Below, piece by piece: positions 1 through 10,669 of a stretch of 35,105 nucleotides of DNA. The DNA lies in NCBI GenBank assembly GCA_913055925.1, contig CAJXLH010000001.1, forward strand, positions 1 to 35,105. Direction: 5' to 3'. The notes under the pieces are model-generated. The model did not search any database and was not told the origin of the DNA. It worked only from the letters and a program-made list of their open reading frames with translations. The first letter of the stretch is position 1, and every line of letters starts with the position of its first letter. The stretch comes from an uncultured Maritalea sp. (GTDB lineage Bacteria > Pseudomonadota > Alphaproteobacteria > Rhizobiales > Devosiaceae). The position numbers and the translations under genes were made by a program.

Positions 1-420
1 GAGTTTCCTGTGCAGTTTGATGGGCAGCTCGCCATGCTCGTTGAAGACCAAGACGAAGTGCGCAACGTGTTGCGCCGCGAGCTTGTTGATCTGGGGTTTT
101 CCGTTATCGAAGCGGAGAATGCGGACGAAGCAAAATCCTTGTTTGAGAGCGTTGAAGGCATTGATTTGTTGCTCACCGATATATCCATGCCCGGCAGCTT
201 AAACGGCATTGAGTTGGCCGATTGGGCTACCGAACTGCACCCAGCGACCAGCGCCATATTGATGACAGGGCAAGCTAAAATAGATCACGACAAAAGCATT
301 AGACATCCATTGTTGCGCAAACCTTTTGAGACCAATAGGCTCGTGGACGCTATTCAACATGCTGGATATGTGCGCCACAAGTTGGGCCATGCGGAGGGGG
401 CAGCATCCAATGAGCACTAA
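1..420 (+). CDS. Receiver (REC) domain, probably the C-terminus of a hybrid sensor kinase truncated by the window edge
   Basis: Frame open from base 1; REC motifs MLVEDQ, LLLTDISMPG (phospho-Asp), ILMTG, LRKPF; overlaps the start of the next response regulator gene. Confidence 0.8.
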   Translation, partial: EFPVQFDGQLAMLVEDQDEVRNVLRRELVDLGFSVIEAENADEAKSLFESVEGIDLLLTDISMPGSLNGIELADWATELHPATSAILMTGQAKIDHDKSIRHPLLRKPFETNRLVDAIQHAGYVRHKLGHAEGAASNEH

Positions 421-1126
421 GGTCATCTACATCTTAGAAGACGACGCGGATGTGCGCGCATTGTTTGCGCGCGAACTCAAATCTCATGGATTTGCCGTAG
501 AGGGTTTTGGCACCATCGCCTCCTTCGATGATGCCCTCGCAAATAAATCACCTGACCTTTGCGTTATCGATCTGTCATTGCCGGATGGTGATGCGCTGAC
601 GTTGTTGCGCGATACGCTTGGTGAGATGGACATCCCGACCATTGTCGTGAGTGGTCGTGGCGCGCTTGGCGACAGGGTTTTGGGGTTGGATTTCGGCGCA
701 GACGATTATCTTGTGAAACCCGTCAACACCATCGAGTTAGCAGCCCGCGCCCGCTCGCTACTAAGACGTGTCGATAAACTTGCGACTAAGCCAGCGAACG
801 AGGCGCTTGAGCGCGTTCGATTTGCTGATTGGATTGCGGACTTTTCAACCTTGGAACTTGAGGCCCCAAACGGCGACAAAGAGCAAATGAGCGCCGCTGA
901 TGCGCGGCTTTTGAAAATCTTTGTTGGCTCACCGGGCAAAGTGCTGTCGCGCGACCGATTGATGGATTTGTACGCCGAAGACAATGAAGCATTTGACCGC
1001 TCCATTGACGCGCAAGTATCGCGTCTGCGCAAAAAACTGCAAGACACAGCCAAAAACCCAAAGCTTATTCGCACCGTTTATGGCGCGGGTTATGTGTTCA
1101 CCCCACAAGTGGAACAAGCGGTTTAG
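410..1126 (+). CDS. OmpR/PhoB-family response regulator
   Basis: ATG at 410 after GGAGGGGG; ILEDD, VIDLSLPDGDA, GADDYLVKP, winged helix DRSIDAQVSRLRKKL...RTVYGAGY. Confidence 0.93.
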   Translation: MSTKVIYILEDDADVRALFARELKSHGFAVEGFGTIASFDDALANKSPDLCVIDLSLPDGDALTLLRDTLGEMDIPTIVVSGRGALGDRVLGLDFGADDYLVKPVNTIELAARARSLLRRVDKLATKPANEALERVRFADWIADFSTLELEAPNGDKEQMSAADARLLKIFVGSPGKVLSRDRLMDLYAEDNEAFDRSIDAQVSRLRKKLQDTAKNPKLIRTVYGAGYVFTPQVEQAV

Positions 1127-1129
1127 TCA

Positions 1130-1588
1130 CTAAATCGGCAAGCGGTTTCGCTTCACAAGTCGCCGTAACGCAAAACGCGACCGGATCATGCGAATGCCTG
1201 GAATGCGCGTAAGTTTTTCTTGCAGAAACAGCTCATAGGACGCCAAATCTGCAGCCACAACGCGCATCAAAAAGTCTTGGCTTCCTGTCATGATGAAGCA
1301 CTCCATCACCTCTTCAAAGCCAACCACTTCGCGTTCAAATCGTTCTAGCGCTTCGGCACCCTGATTTTCCAATTCGACGGACACGAAAATTGAAATTGGC
1401 AGACCGAGTTTGTCTTGGTTCACGGTGGCTGTGTAACCGGTGATCACGCCTTCTTCTTCCAGCCGCACGATACGCCGCGCGCATGGGGTCGGCGACAAAC
1501 CAATCTGCTCCGCCAAATCAATGGTTCTGATCCGCCCCTCCTTTTGCAGAATGGAGATAATCTTCTTATCTACTGCGTCAATCTTCAC
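1130..1588 (-). CDS. bkdR: Lrp/AsnC-family regulator, BkdR-like
   Basis: GTG at 1588 after GGAGA; DAVDKKIISILQKEGR...IGLSPTPCARRIVRLEEEGVITGY HTH; divergent from the bkd genes. Confidence 0.85.
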   Translation of the reverse strand: MKIDAVDKKIISILQKEGRIRTIDLAEQIGLSPTPCARRIVRLEEEGVITGYTATVNQDKLGLPISIFVSVELENQGAEALERFEREVVGFEEVMECFIMTGSQDFLMRVVAADLASYELFLQEKLTRIPGIRMIRSRFALRRLVKRNRLPI

Positions 1589-1727
1589 TTTTTCTCCAAG
1601 AATTGCTATGTTTTTGGCGATAATAACTACAAATTGTACTTTCAAAGTCAATCTTTGGTGAAAAAACGCGTCTGCCCTATGGACAATAGTGATTATCGCT
1701 CAGGGGGGGCTAGGGTTTAAATATTAG

Positions 1728-3077
<1,350 letters not shown>

Positions 3078-3080
3078 TTC

Positions 3081-4097
3081 ATGGCACGCATGACAATGAT
3101 TGAAGCCATCCGCGATGCGATGGACGTCAAAATGGGCCAAGACCAAGACGTGGTGGTTTTTGGCGAAGATGTTGGTTACTTCGGCGGTGTTTTCCGCTGC
3201 ACGCAGGGCCTACAAGAAAAGTACGGCAAGGAGCGCTGCTTTGACGCGCCCATCAATGAAAGCGCCATCGTTGGTGCAGGCATTGGCATGGCGACCTATG
3301 GCAAACGCCCATGTATAGAAATCCAGTTTGCCGACTATGTGCTGCCCGCATACGACCAGATCGTTTCGGAAGCCGCGCGTATGCGCCACCGGTCCAATGG
3401 CGAGTTTACCTGCCCGATGGTTATCCGCATGCCGACAGGCGGTGGCATTTTTGGCGGGCAAACCCACTCGCAAAGCCCTGAGGCGATTTTCACCCATGTC
3501 AGCGGTTTGAAAACGCTAATTCCGTCAAACCCATATGATGCCAAGGGCATGTTGATCGCAGCGATCGAAGATGATGACCCTGTGATCTTTTTGGAGCCCA
3601 AGCGGCTCTATAATGGACCATTTGATGGACACCATGAACTTGCCGTGACCCCGTGGTCTAAGCACGATATGGGCGAAGTGCCAGAAGGCCACTACACCAT
3701 CCCAATTGGCAAAGCCAATGTGGTTCGCGAGGGGACTGATGTCACCATTCTCGCCTATGGCACAATGGTTTATGTAGCTGAAGCAGCAGCGCGTGAGCAA
3801 GGCATCGACGCCGAAATCATTGACCTGCGTTCGCTTCTACCGCTCGATCTTGAAACCATTGAAGCCTCCGTCAACAAAACGGGTCGTTGTGTGATCGTTC
3901 ATGAAGCAACGCTCACTTCAGGCTTTGGCGCAGAATTGGCAGCGCTTGTGCAGCAACATTGTTTTTATGCGCTTGAGGCGCCAGTGAAGCGGGTTGCGGG
4001 TTGGGATACGCCATATCCGCACGCACAAGAATGGGATTATTTCCCCGGCCCCAAACGCCTTGGCTCTGCCCTTAAAACCACATTGGAGACAAAATAA
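3081..4097 (+). CDS. bkdA2: Branched-chain 2-oxoacid dehydrogenase E1 beta subunit
   Basis: FGEDVGYFGGVFR, EIQFADY, GGQTHSQSPE, GWDTPYP. Confidence 0.95.
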   Translation: MARMTMIEAIRDAMDVKMGQDQDVVVFGEDVGYFGGVFRCTQGLQEKYGKERCFDAPINESAIVGAGIGMATYGKRPCIEIQFADYVLPAYDQIVSEAARMRHRSNGEFTCPMVIRMPTGGGIFGGQTHSQSPEAIFTHVSGLKTLIPSNPYDAKGMLIAAIEDDDPVIFLEPKRLYNGPFDGHHELAVTPWSKHDMGEVPEGHYTIPIGKANVVREGTDVTILAYGTMVYVAEAAAREQGIDAEIIDLRSLLPLDLETIEASVNKTGRCVIVHEATLTSGFGAELAALVQQHCFYALEAPVKRVAGWDTPYPHAQEWDYFPGPKRLGSALKTTLETK

Positions 4098-5365
4098 TGG
4101 GTACTTACGTCATTAAACTGCCCGATGTGGGCGAAGGTGTTGCTGAAGCAGAACTGGTGGAATGGAGCGTTGAAGTTGGTGAGATGGTTGCCGAAGACGA
4201 TGTCATCGGCGCGGTGATGACCGACAAGGCAACGGTCGAAATCCCTTCCCCCGTGCAAGGCAAAATCTCGTGGCTTGGTGCGGAAATTGGTGACACGGTG
4301 ATCGTCGGTGCTGATCTCATTAAGCTTGAAGTTGCAGGCGAAGGCAATGAAGCTGAAAGTGACGACGAGGCGGACGCTGAGCCAGAAGAAGCGCCGGTTG
4401 AAACGCCAGTCCCTGTTGCTGTGGCCGCGGCACCTGCGACAGCGCCATCTGCTCCGCCACAAGGTGAAGCCTTAAAGCCAAACACAACTGGCAAAGTGCT
4501 CGCGGCACCAGCCGTACGCAAACGGGCAAGTTTTCTCAATCTGGACCTGTCGCAATTTTCTGGGTCAGGGCCGGATGGCATCATTACGCATGAGGATTTG
4601 GACCGGCATCTTTTGAGCCTTAAATCCTCCGGTGGTGTTGATCTTACCCCTTACGAAAAACCGCAAGGGGCTGAGACCACAGAAGTAAAGGTGATCGGCC
4701 TACGTCGGAAAATCGCGGAGCAAATGAGCCGCGCGAAATCACGCATTCCACATATTACCTATGTGGAAGAAATTGATGTGACTGAGCTTGAACAGTTGCG
4801 TCAAAACCTCAACGCGTCGCGTGAAGAAGGCCACCCAAAACTTTCTTTGTTGCCATTTCTCATGCGCTCCATGGTGATGGCAATTGAAGATCAGCCCGGC
4901 ATCAACGCCCACTATGATGATGAAAACGGCATCGTCCATCAGCATAAGGGCGTGCATATTGGCATCGCTGCGCAAACCGATAATGGCTTGATGGTACCTG
5001 TGGTGCGTGATGTGCAAAATCTTGGGCTTTGGAAAAGCGCATCAGAAGTGGCGCGCTTGGCAGAAGCAGCGCGTGACAATACAGCAACACGCGAAGAGCT
5101 TTCTGGCTCAACCATCACCATTACCTCGCTTGGCAAAATGGGCGGCGTTGTCACGACCCCTGTGATCAATCATCCAGAAGTGGCGATTGTTGGCGTCAAC
5201 AAGATCGAAACCAAACCAAAATGGGATGGCGAAAAGTTCGTGCCGCGCCAAACGATGAACCTCAGCTCAAGCTTTGATCATCGGGTTGTAGATGGCTGGG
5301 ACGCGGCTGTTTTCATCCAGCGCATCAAGTCGCTTTTGGAAAAGCCTTTGCTGATTTTTTCATAA
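4097..5365 (+). CDS. bkdB: Dihydrolipoamide acyltransferase (E2)
   Basis: Lipoyl domain MTDKATVE, Ala/Pro-rich linker, subunit-binding domain LAAPAVRK...GSGPDG, catalytic SFDHRVVDG; TAATG coupling to bkdA2. Confidence 0.95.
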   Translation: MGTYVIKLPDVGEGVAEAELVEWSVEVGEMVAEDDVIGAVMTDKATVEIPSPVQGKISWLGAEIGDTVIVGADLIKLEVAGEGNEAESDDEADAEPEEAPVETPVPVAVAAAPATAPSAPPQGEALKPNTTGKVLAAPAVRKRASFLNLDLSQFSGSGPDGIITHEDLDRHLLSLKSSGGVDLTPYEKPQGAETTEVKVIGLRRKIAEQMSRAKSRIPHITYVEEIDVTELEQLRQNLNASREEGHPKLSLLPFLMRSMVMAIEDQPGINAHYDDENGIVHQHKGVHIGIAAQTDNGLMVPVVRDVQNLGLWKSASEVARLAEAARDNTATREELSGSTITITSLGKMGGVVTTPVINHPEVAIVGVNKIETKPKWDGEKFVPRQTMNLSSSFDHRVVDGWDAAVFIQRIKSLLEKPLLIFS

Positions 5366-5396
5366 CGAGAAAGCAACGCGTTAATATCCAAACAAC

Positions 5397-5422
5397 AAAA
5401 AGAGGCCAATTGGTCTCTTTTT
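5397..5422. terminator. Intrinsic terminator after bkdB, potentially bidirectional
   Basis: AAAAAGAGGCC-AATT-GGTCTCTTTTT hairpin with A and T tails. Confidence 0.7.
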
Positions 5423-5486
5423 GGTTTATCGTAAACACTTTATTACCATTCTTTGGGGCACTCTTCTTCGCGGTGGAGAGTGCAAT

Positions 5487-6920
5487 ATGAATTTTTCTAA
5501 TGCGGCCATGCGTGCCGAAGTTGATCACGTCAACATCAATTTGAGCGACCTTGGCAACCGCGCGTCTAAGCTTGGCGTGGAAATCGCCGACATTCACGGC
5601 ATTGTTGGTGATCTTACAGCAATCGGCAAAGCGCAAGACCAACATGTTCGCGCTTCGGTTCAGGCGTCGCGCCAAATGGACAGCGCCAACAATAAGCTTT
5701 CTTCGACAATGGAAGAAGTTAAGCGTTCGGCCGACAATGCGCGAAACATACTAAGTTACAGCGCCGAGAAAATTGCGGCCACCGTTGAAGGCTCCGCCAG
5801 CAAGATGAAAACGCTTTCTGAGAACGCAATTGCGTTTAAAGAATCGTTGAGCTCTGTGGATGAAACGGCGAAAAAAGTTCAATCAGCCTCAGCTTCCATC
5901 TCCCAAATTGCGCGCGAAACACAACTGCTCTCGCTCAACGCCAGTGTTGAAGCGGCGCGGGCTGGCGAAAGCGGCAAGGGTTTTGCCATCATCGCCACTG
6001 CGGTGAAAACACTTGCTGACGAAATTCAAGGTTTCGCCAATCAAAACGCGGAAAACCTCGAAAAACTGATGGAAATCTTGCATGATTTGCAAGCCAGCAG
6101 CGCAGGCAGCGTTGACTTAGCAACCGAAGCGATTGCCGAAGCATCCGAGGCAGCCCGTACAGGCGAGCAACTGAATGAATTGGTGCACTCCGTGGGCCAA
6201 TTGGTCAACGATATTGGCGCGATGACCCAGCCGGTTGAAGACAATGTGAGTGCTGCAAACTCCATCAGCGAAGAACTTAAAGAGTTGAACGCGACCCTAC
6301 GCGCATCCAACGGCAAACTGGGCACCGCGAATGACCGGACTGAGAATATTCTCAACATCTCAGAAGAGTTGATGCTGTTCATCGCTGATAGCGGCGCGGA
6401 AACAGTGGACTCTTTGTTTATCGACAGCGCCAAAAACTTGGCCGACCAAGCAGCTTCTGTTTTCGAGCAAGCCATCGCGGCGGGCGAAATCACAGAAGCC
6501 GATTTGTTCGACAAGAATTATCAACCCGTGCAAGGCACCGATCCACAACAACTCACCACCCGATATTTGTGGCTCACCGACCAACGCCTCACCCCAATCC
6601 AAGAGGCCGCCTTGAAAATTGATCCACGGGTTGCCTTCTGCGCTGCTGTGGACACCAACGGCTATTTGCCGACCCACAATGTGGTATATTCCAAAGCGCC
6701 GAGCAATGACCCGGTTTGGAACGCAGCGAACTGCCGAAACCGCCGTATCTTTGATGATCGCACTGGTTTGAGCGCCGGCAAAAACACCAAGCCGTTCTTG
6801 CTGCAAACCTACCGCCGCGACATGGGCGGCGGCAATTTTGCGCTAATGAAAGACGTTTCCGCGCCGATCGTTGTTAATGGTCGTCATTGGGGCGGTATGC
6901 GCTTGGGCTACAAGGTTTAA
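5487..6920 (+). CDS. Soluble methyl-accepting chemotaxis protein with C-terminal Cache-like domain
   Basis: ATG at 5487 after GGAGAG; signalling tip IARETQLLSLNASVEAARAGESGKGFAIIATAVKTLA; no obvious TM segment; C-terminal AAVDTNGYLPTHN...QTYRRDMG...GRHWGG. Confidence 0.9.
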   Translation: MNFSNAAMRAEVDHVNINLSDLGNRASKLGVEIADIHGIVGDLTAIGKAQDQHVRASVQASRQMDSANNKLSSTMEEVKRSADNARNILSYSAEKIAATVEGSASKMKTLSENAIAFKESLSSVDETAKKVQSASASISQIARETQLLSLNASVEAARAGESGKGFAIIATAVKTLADEIQGFANQNAENLEKLMEILHDLQASSAGSVDLATEAIAEASEAARTGEQLNELVHSVGQLVNDIGAMTQPVEDNVSAANSISEELKELNATLRASNGKLGTANDRTENILNISEELMLFIADSGAETVDSLFIDSAKNLADQAASVFEQAIAAGEITEADLFDKNYQPVQGTDPQQLTTRYLWLTDQRLTPIQEAALKIDPRVAFCAAVDTNGYLPTHNVVYSKAPSNDPVWNAANCRNRRIFDDRTGLSAGKNTKPFLLQTYRRDMGGGNFALMKDVSAPIVVNGRHWGGMRLGYKV

Positions 6921-6940
6921 TACCAATCAGGTCGATATTT

Positions 6941-6956
6941 TTGACTTTTTGGTAAA
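6941..6956. promoter_or_regulatory. RutR-type operator upstream of the purine ABC transporter
   Basis: TTGACTTTTTGGTAAA resembles TTGACCAnnTGGTCAA; related sites at 11817 and 21670. Confidence 0.6.
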
Positions 6957-7035
6957 ATATTTCAAAAAACCGGGTAAAGCTCGCTTGCCACTTTAAATTA
7001 TTGCCGACATACTTTACCCCAATATTCAGTTGAAT

Positions 7036-8592
7036 ATGCGGGGTAAGGCTTTGGCTAAGGGGGAGGCCCTTCTAAAACTAGAAGGCATTTCAAAATATTA
7101 CGGCTCGTTCAAAGCGAACGACCAAATTTCACTTGAAATCCAACCGGGTGAAATTCACGCGCTATTGGGGGAAAATGGCGCGGGCAAATCAACGCTAGTA
7201 AAAATGCTTTACGGCAGCCTTCAACCAGATGAGGGCGAGATTTTCTGGCAGGGCCAACACGTTCACATCGGCAATCCAGCCGCCGCGCGCGAATTGGGCG
7301 TGGGCATGGTTTTCCTACATTTCTCGCTGTTCGACGCACTTACTGTCGCGGAAAATGTGGCGCTTGCCATGCCGCCAGGCAAATCTGTTGGTCAAGTTGG
7401 TCGCGAGCTTAAAGAAATTTCCGCATCTTACGGGTTGCCGCTTGATCCAAATGCGCGCATTCACGACCTTTCTGTCGGTGAGCGCCAGCGCGTCGAGATT
7501 GTGCGTTGTTTGTTGCAGCACCCAAAGCTGATCATCATGGACGAGCCAACCTCCGTTCTTACGCCGCAAGAAGCGGAAGATTTGTTCGTCGTCTTGCGTC
7601 GTCTTTCCGCAGAGGGCAAGGCGATCCTTTATATCTCGCACAAACTCGCTGAAGTGCAGGCGCTCTGCCAAGAGGCGACGATTTTGCGTCACGGCAAAGT
7701 GGTTGGCGAATGTGTGCCTGCAGACGAGACACCTATTTCACTTGCGAAAATGATGGTGGGTGCAGACATTCACGAGGTGTCCTCACGCGAATTGCAGGTA
7801 GCAACCGGCGAGGTGCTGATGCAAATCCGCGACTTGAACCTGAAAGGTGATGGCGGGTTTGATACGGATTTGCACAATGTCAGCTTCTTGCTGCACAAGG
7901 GCGAGATTTCCGGCATAGCGGGTATTGCGGGCAACGGCCAAAGTGAATTGTTTGACGCGCTTTCTGGCGAACGTACAACAGACAAAGAATCTATCGTCAT
8001 CAAAGGCGAAAATGTTGGTCATTTGGGCATCCAAAAGCGCCGCAAGATGGGCGCCATGTTCATCTCAGAAGAACGTTTGGGCCATGCGGCGGTGCCAGAG
8101 TTTTCACTGAGCGAAAACGTTATTCTCACGCGTCATGGCCTTGAAGATAAGCTCAATAATGGTCCGTTTTTATCACGCGGCACAGCACGCAAAGTGAAGG
8201 ACGCCATTGTGCATATGTTCGATGTGCGCAAGGGCAGCGACGATCCAACGGCGCAATCTCTGTCCGGCGGCAATTTGCAGAAATTTGTGCTCGGTCGAGA
8301 AGTGATGGCGGATGCTGAAATCATCATCGTCAATCAGCCCACTTGGGGCGTTGATGCGGGGTCCGCAGCTAATATTCGCCAAACGCTTGTCGATCTGGCG
8401 GAAAAGGGCGCAGCGGTATTGGTGGTTTCGCAAGATTTGGACGAGCTTTTTGAAATTGCCGACAGCATCGCCACACTCAATGAGGGTTCGCTTTCAGCGT
8501 TTGTGCCGACAAAATCAACCGACCGGCAAAAGGTCGGGCTGCAGATGACACACGATGTTGCGGGCACAACATCGCATCAAACAGCGCACTAG
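7036..8592 (+). CDS. Purine/nucleoside ABC transporter ATP-binding protein (CUT2, two NBDs)
   Basis: GENGAGKST, LSVGERQRVEI, IMDEPT, second NBD LSGGNLQK; start uncertain (7030, 7036 or 7051). Confidence 0.92.
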   Translation: MRGKALAKGEALLKLEGISKYYGSFKANDQISLEIQPGEIHALLGENGAGKSTLVKMLYGSLQPDEGEIFWQGQHVHIGNPAAARELGVGMVFLHFSLFDALTVAENVALAMPPGKSVGQVGRELKEISASYGLPLDPNARIHDLSVGERQRVEIVRCLLQHPKLIIMDEPTSVLTPQEAEDLFVVLRRLSAEGKAILYISHKLAEVQALCQEATILRHGKVVGECVPADETPISLAKMMVGADIHEVSSRELQVATGEVLMQIRDLNLKGDGGFDTDLHNVSFLLHKGEISGIAGIAGNGQSELFDALSGERTTDKESIVIKGENVGHLGIQKRRKMGAMFISEERLGHAAVPEFSLSENVILTRHGLEDKLNNGPFLSRGTARKVKDAIVHMFDVRKGSDDPTAQSLSGGNLQKFVLGREVMADAEIIIVNQPTWGVDAGSAANIRQTLVDLAEKGAAVLVVSQDLDELFEIADSIATLNEGSLSAFVPTKSTDRQKVGLQMTHDVAGTTSHQTAH

Positions 8593-8612
8593 GTTCGGTA
8601 GAGGGGGAGAAT

Positions 8613-9704
8613 TTGAGGTTAGTTCTAGTAAAACGCAGTAGCCCATCGAAAGTGATGACCTATTTGTCACCACTTATCGGCCTTGGGCTTGCGGTGATCG
8701 CTGGGTCGATCATGTTTACATTTTTGGGCAAACCGCCCTTAGCCGCGCTTTATGCCTATTTCATTGAACCTATTAGCGAACTTTGGAGTGTGCATGAACT
8801 ATTGATCAAGGCTGCGCCATTGATCCTTATGGGCGCTGGGCTTTGTGTTTGCTACCTCTCAAACAATTGGAACATTGGCGCGGAAGGCCAAATGGTCATT
8901 GGCGGTATGGCAGGCTCCATTTTGCCGGTCATGTTCCCAGAAGTGGTGGGCCCATTCCTATTGCCCGCAATGATTATTATGGGAACCCTCGGCGGCATGG
9001 CCTATGCCGCTATCCCTGCGCTTTTGAAAACCAAGTTTAAGACCAATGAAATTCTGACAAGCTTGATGCTTGTTTATATTGCGCAGCTTTTCTTGGATTG
9101 GACCATTCGGGGCCCTTGGCGGAACCCAGAAGGCTTGAACTTCCCTGAAACCCGACGTTTTGATGCTGCTGCCCGTATTCCTGAAATGATGCCCATGGAT
9201 GGCCGCGCCAACTGGGGATTTGTGATCGCCATTGTTGTGGCGATTGCCATTTGGGTCTTGATGTCACGCACCATGAAGGGCTTTCAGGTCAAAGTTATTG
9301 GTGCCAGCCCGCGTGCTGCGCGATTTGCTGGTTTTGACGACAAGAAGATGGTGTTTTTTGCCTTCCTGATCGCGGGCGCGACCGCGGGTCTTGCTGGGAT
9401 CATTGAAGTTTCTGGTGCGACGGGTCAAATGCTCCCAACCATCTCTCCTGGCTATGGATTTACGGCCATCATTGTTGCTTTCCTTGGTCGCCTTAACCCG
9501 ATCGGCGCGATTGTTGCCGGCCTTGTTTTGGCGCTCACCTTTTTGGGTGGTGAAAACGCGCAAGTGGTGTTGGGCGTCCCAGACAAAGCGGCGCGCGTTT
9601 TCCAAGGCCTCATCCTATTCTTTGTTTTGGCTTGCGACACATTGATCCTTTATAAAGTTCGACTGGCCTTCGGGGCCGCAGCACCTGCCAAGGGAGGTGC
9701 ATAA
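8613..9704 (+). CDS. Purine/nucleoside ABC transporter permease
   Basis: Multi-TM; WNIGAEGQ, NEILTSLML, GYGFTAIIVAFLGRLNP. Confidence 0.92.
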   Translation: MRLVLVKRSSPSKVMTYLSPLIGLGLAVIAGSIMFTFLGKPPLAALYAYFIEPISELWSVHELLIKAAPLILMGAGLCVCYLSNNWNIGAEGQMVIGGMAGSILPVMFPEVVGPFLLPAMIIMGTLGGMAYAAIPALLKTKFKTNEILTSLMLVYIAQLFLDWTIRGPWRNPEGLNFPETRRFDAAARIPEMMPMDGRANWGFVIAIVVAIAIWVLMSRTMKGFQVKVIGASPRAARFAGFDDKKMVFFAFLIAGATAGLAGIIEVSGATGQMLPTISPGYGFTAIIVAFLGRLNPIGAIVAGLVLALTFLGGENAQVVLGVPDKAARVFQGLILFFVLACDTLILYKVRLAFGAAAPAKGGA

Positions 9705-10624
9705 TGGGTATCACCGAAGCAATTTTGTTGACCATCGCAACTGCCGCAACACCGCTGCTTATCGCAGCCATTGGCGAATTAGTCGTTGAACGTTCTGGCG
9801 TTCTTAACCTTGGTGTTGAAGGCATGATGGTCTTGGGCGCGGTTGGTGGTTTTGCCGCCATGAGCCTAACGGGCAATCCATGGATTGGCGTTGTCGCCGC
9901 TATTGCAATGGGTGCGCTTGCGGCTCTTGCGTTCGGCTTTCTCACCCTTTCACTCGCGGCTAACCAGGTGGCGACCGGGCTTTCCTTGACTATTCTGGGT
10001 TTAGGCCTGTCGGGGTTGTTGGGCGTTGAATTTGTGGGTAAGGCAGGCACAAAGCTTGAGAATATTTCTATTCCCGTTTTGAGCGACATTCCGCTGGTTG
10101 GGCCTTTGTTGTTTGGACAGGACCCTATTTTTTACATGTCGATTGCTTTGGTGATTGGCGTGAGCTGGTTTTTGTTCCGCACGCGCCCGGGGCTCACGCT
10201 CCGCTCAATTGGTGACAACCATGTCTCAGCCCACGCCTTGGGCATTCCGGTTCTACGCTATCGCTATTTGGCCGTGATGTTTGGCGGCGCTTGTGCGGGA
10301 CTGGCCGGTGGTCATTTGTCGCTTGTCTACACGCCAGTGTGGATTGAAAATATGAGCGCGGGCCGGGGCTGGATTGCTTTGGCGCTGGTGGTTTTTGCCT
10401 CATGGAGACCAGCGCGCGTTTTGGCAGGCGCCTATTTGTTTGGTGCTGTTTCAATCGGCCAATTGCACGCACAGGCACTTGGCATTGCCATACCTTCGCA
10501 GTTCCTCACCGCTTTGCCATATGTGGCGACGATTGTGGTTTTGGTGCTGATTTCACAAAATGTGCGGGCAACGCTGATCAATACGCCAGCCATGTTGGGT
10601 CGCGCATTTGTGCCAGACAGGTAG
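9704..10624 (+). CDS. Purine/nucleoside ABC transporter permease
   Basis: Multi-TM; GELVVERSGVLNLGVEGMM, AGRGWIALALVVFASWRP. Confidence 0.92.
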   Translation: MGITEAILLTIATAATPLLIAAIGELVVERSGVLNLGVEGMMVLGAVGGFAAMSLTGNPWIGVVAAIAMGALAALAFGFLTLSLAANQVATGLSLTILGLGLSGLLGVEFVGKAGTKLENISIPVLSDIPLVGPLLFGQDPIFYMSIALVIGVSWFLFRTRPGLTLRSIGDNHVSAHALGIPVLRYRYLAVMFGGACAGLAGGHLSLVYTPVWIENMSAGRGWIALALVVFASWRPARVLAGAYLFGAVSIGQLHAQALGIAIPSQFLTALPYVATIVVLVLISQNVRATLINTPAMLGRAFVPDR

Positions 10625-10669
10625 AATCAATTATTTGAATAGATAAGAAAGTCTAACAGGAGAGAAGTC

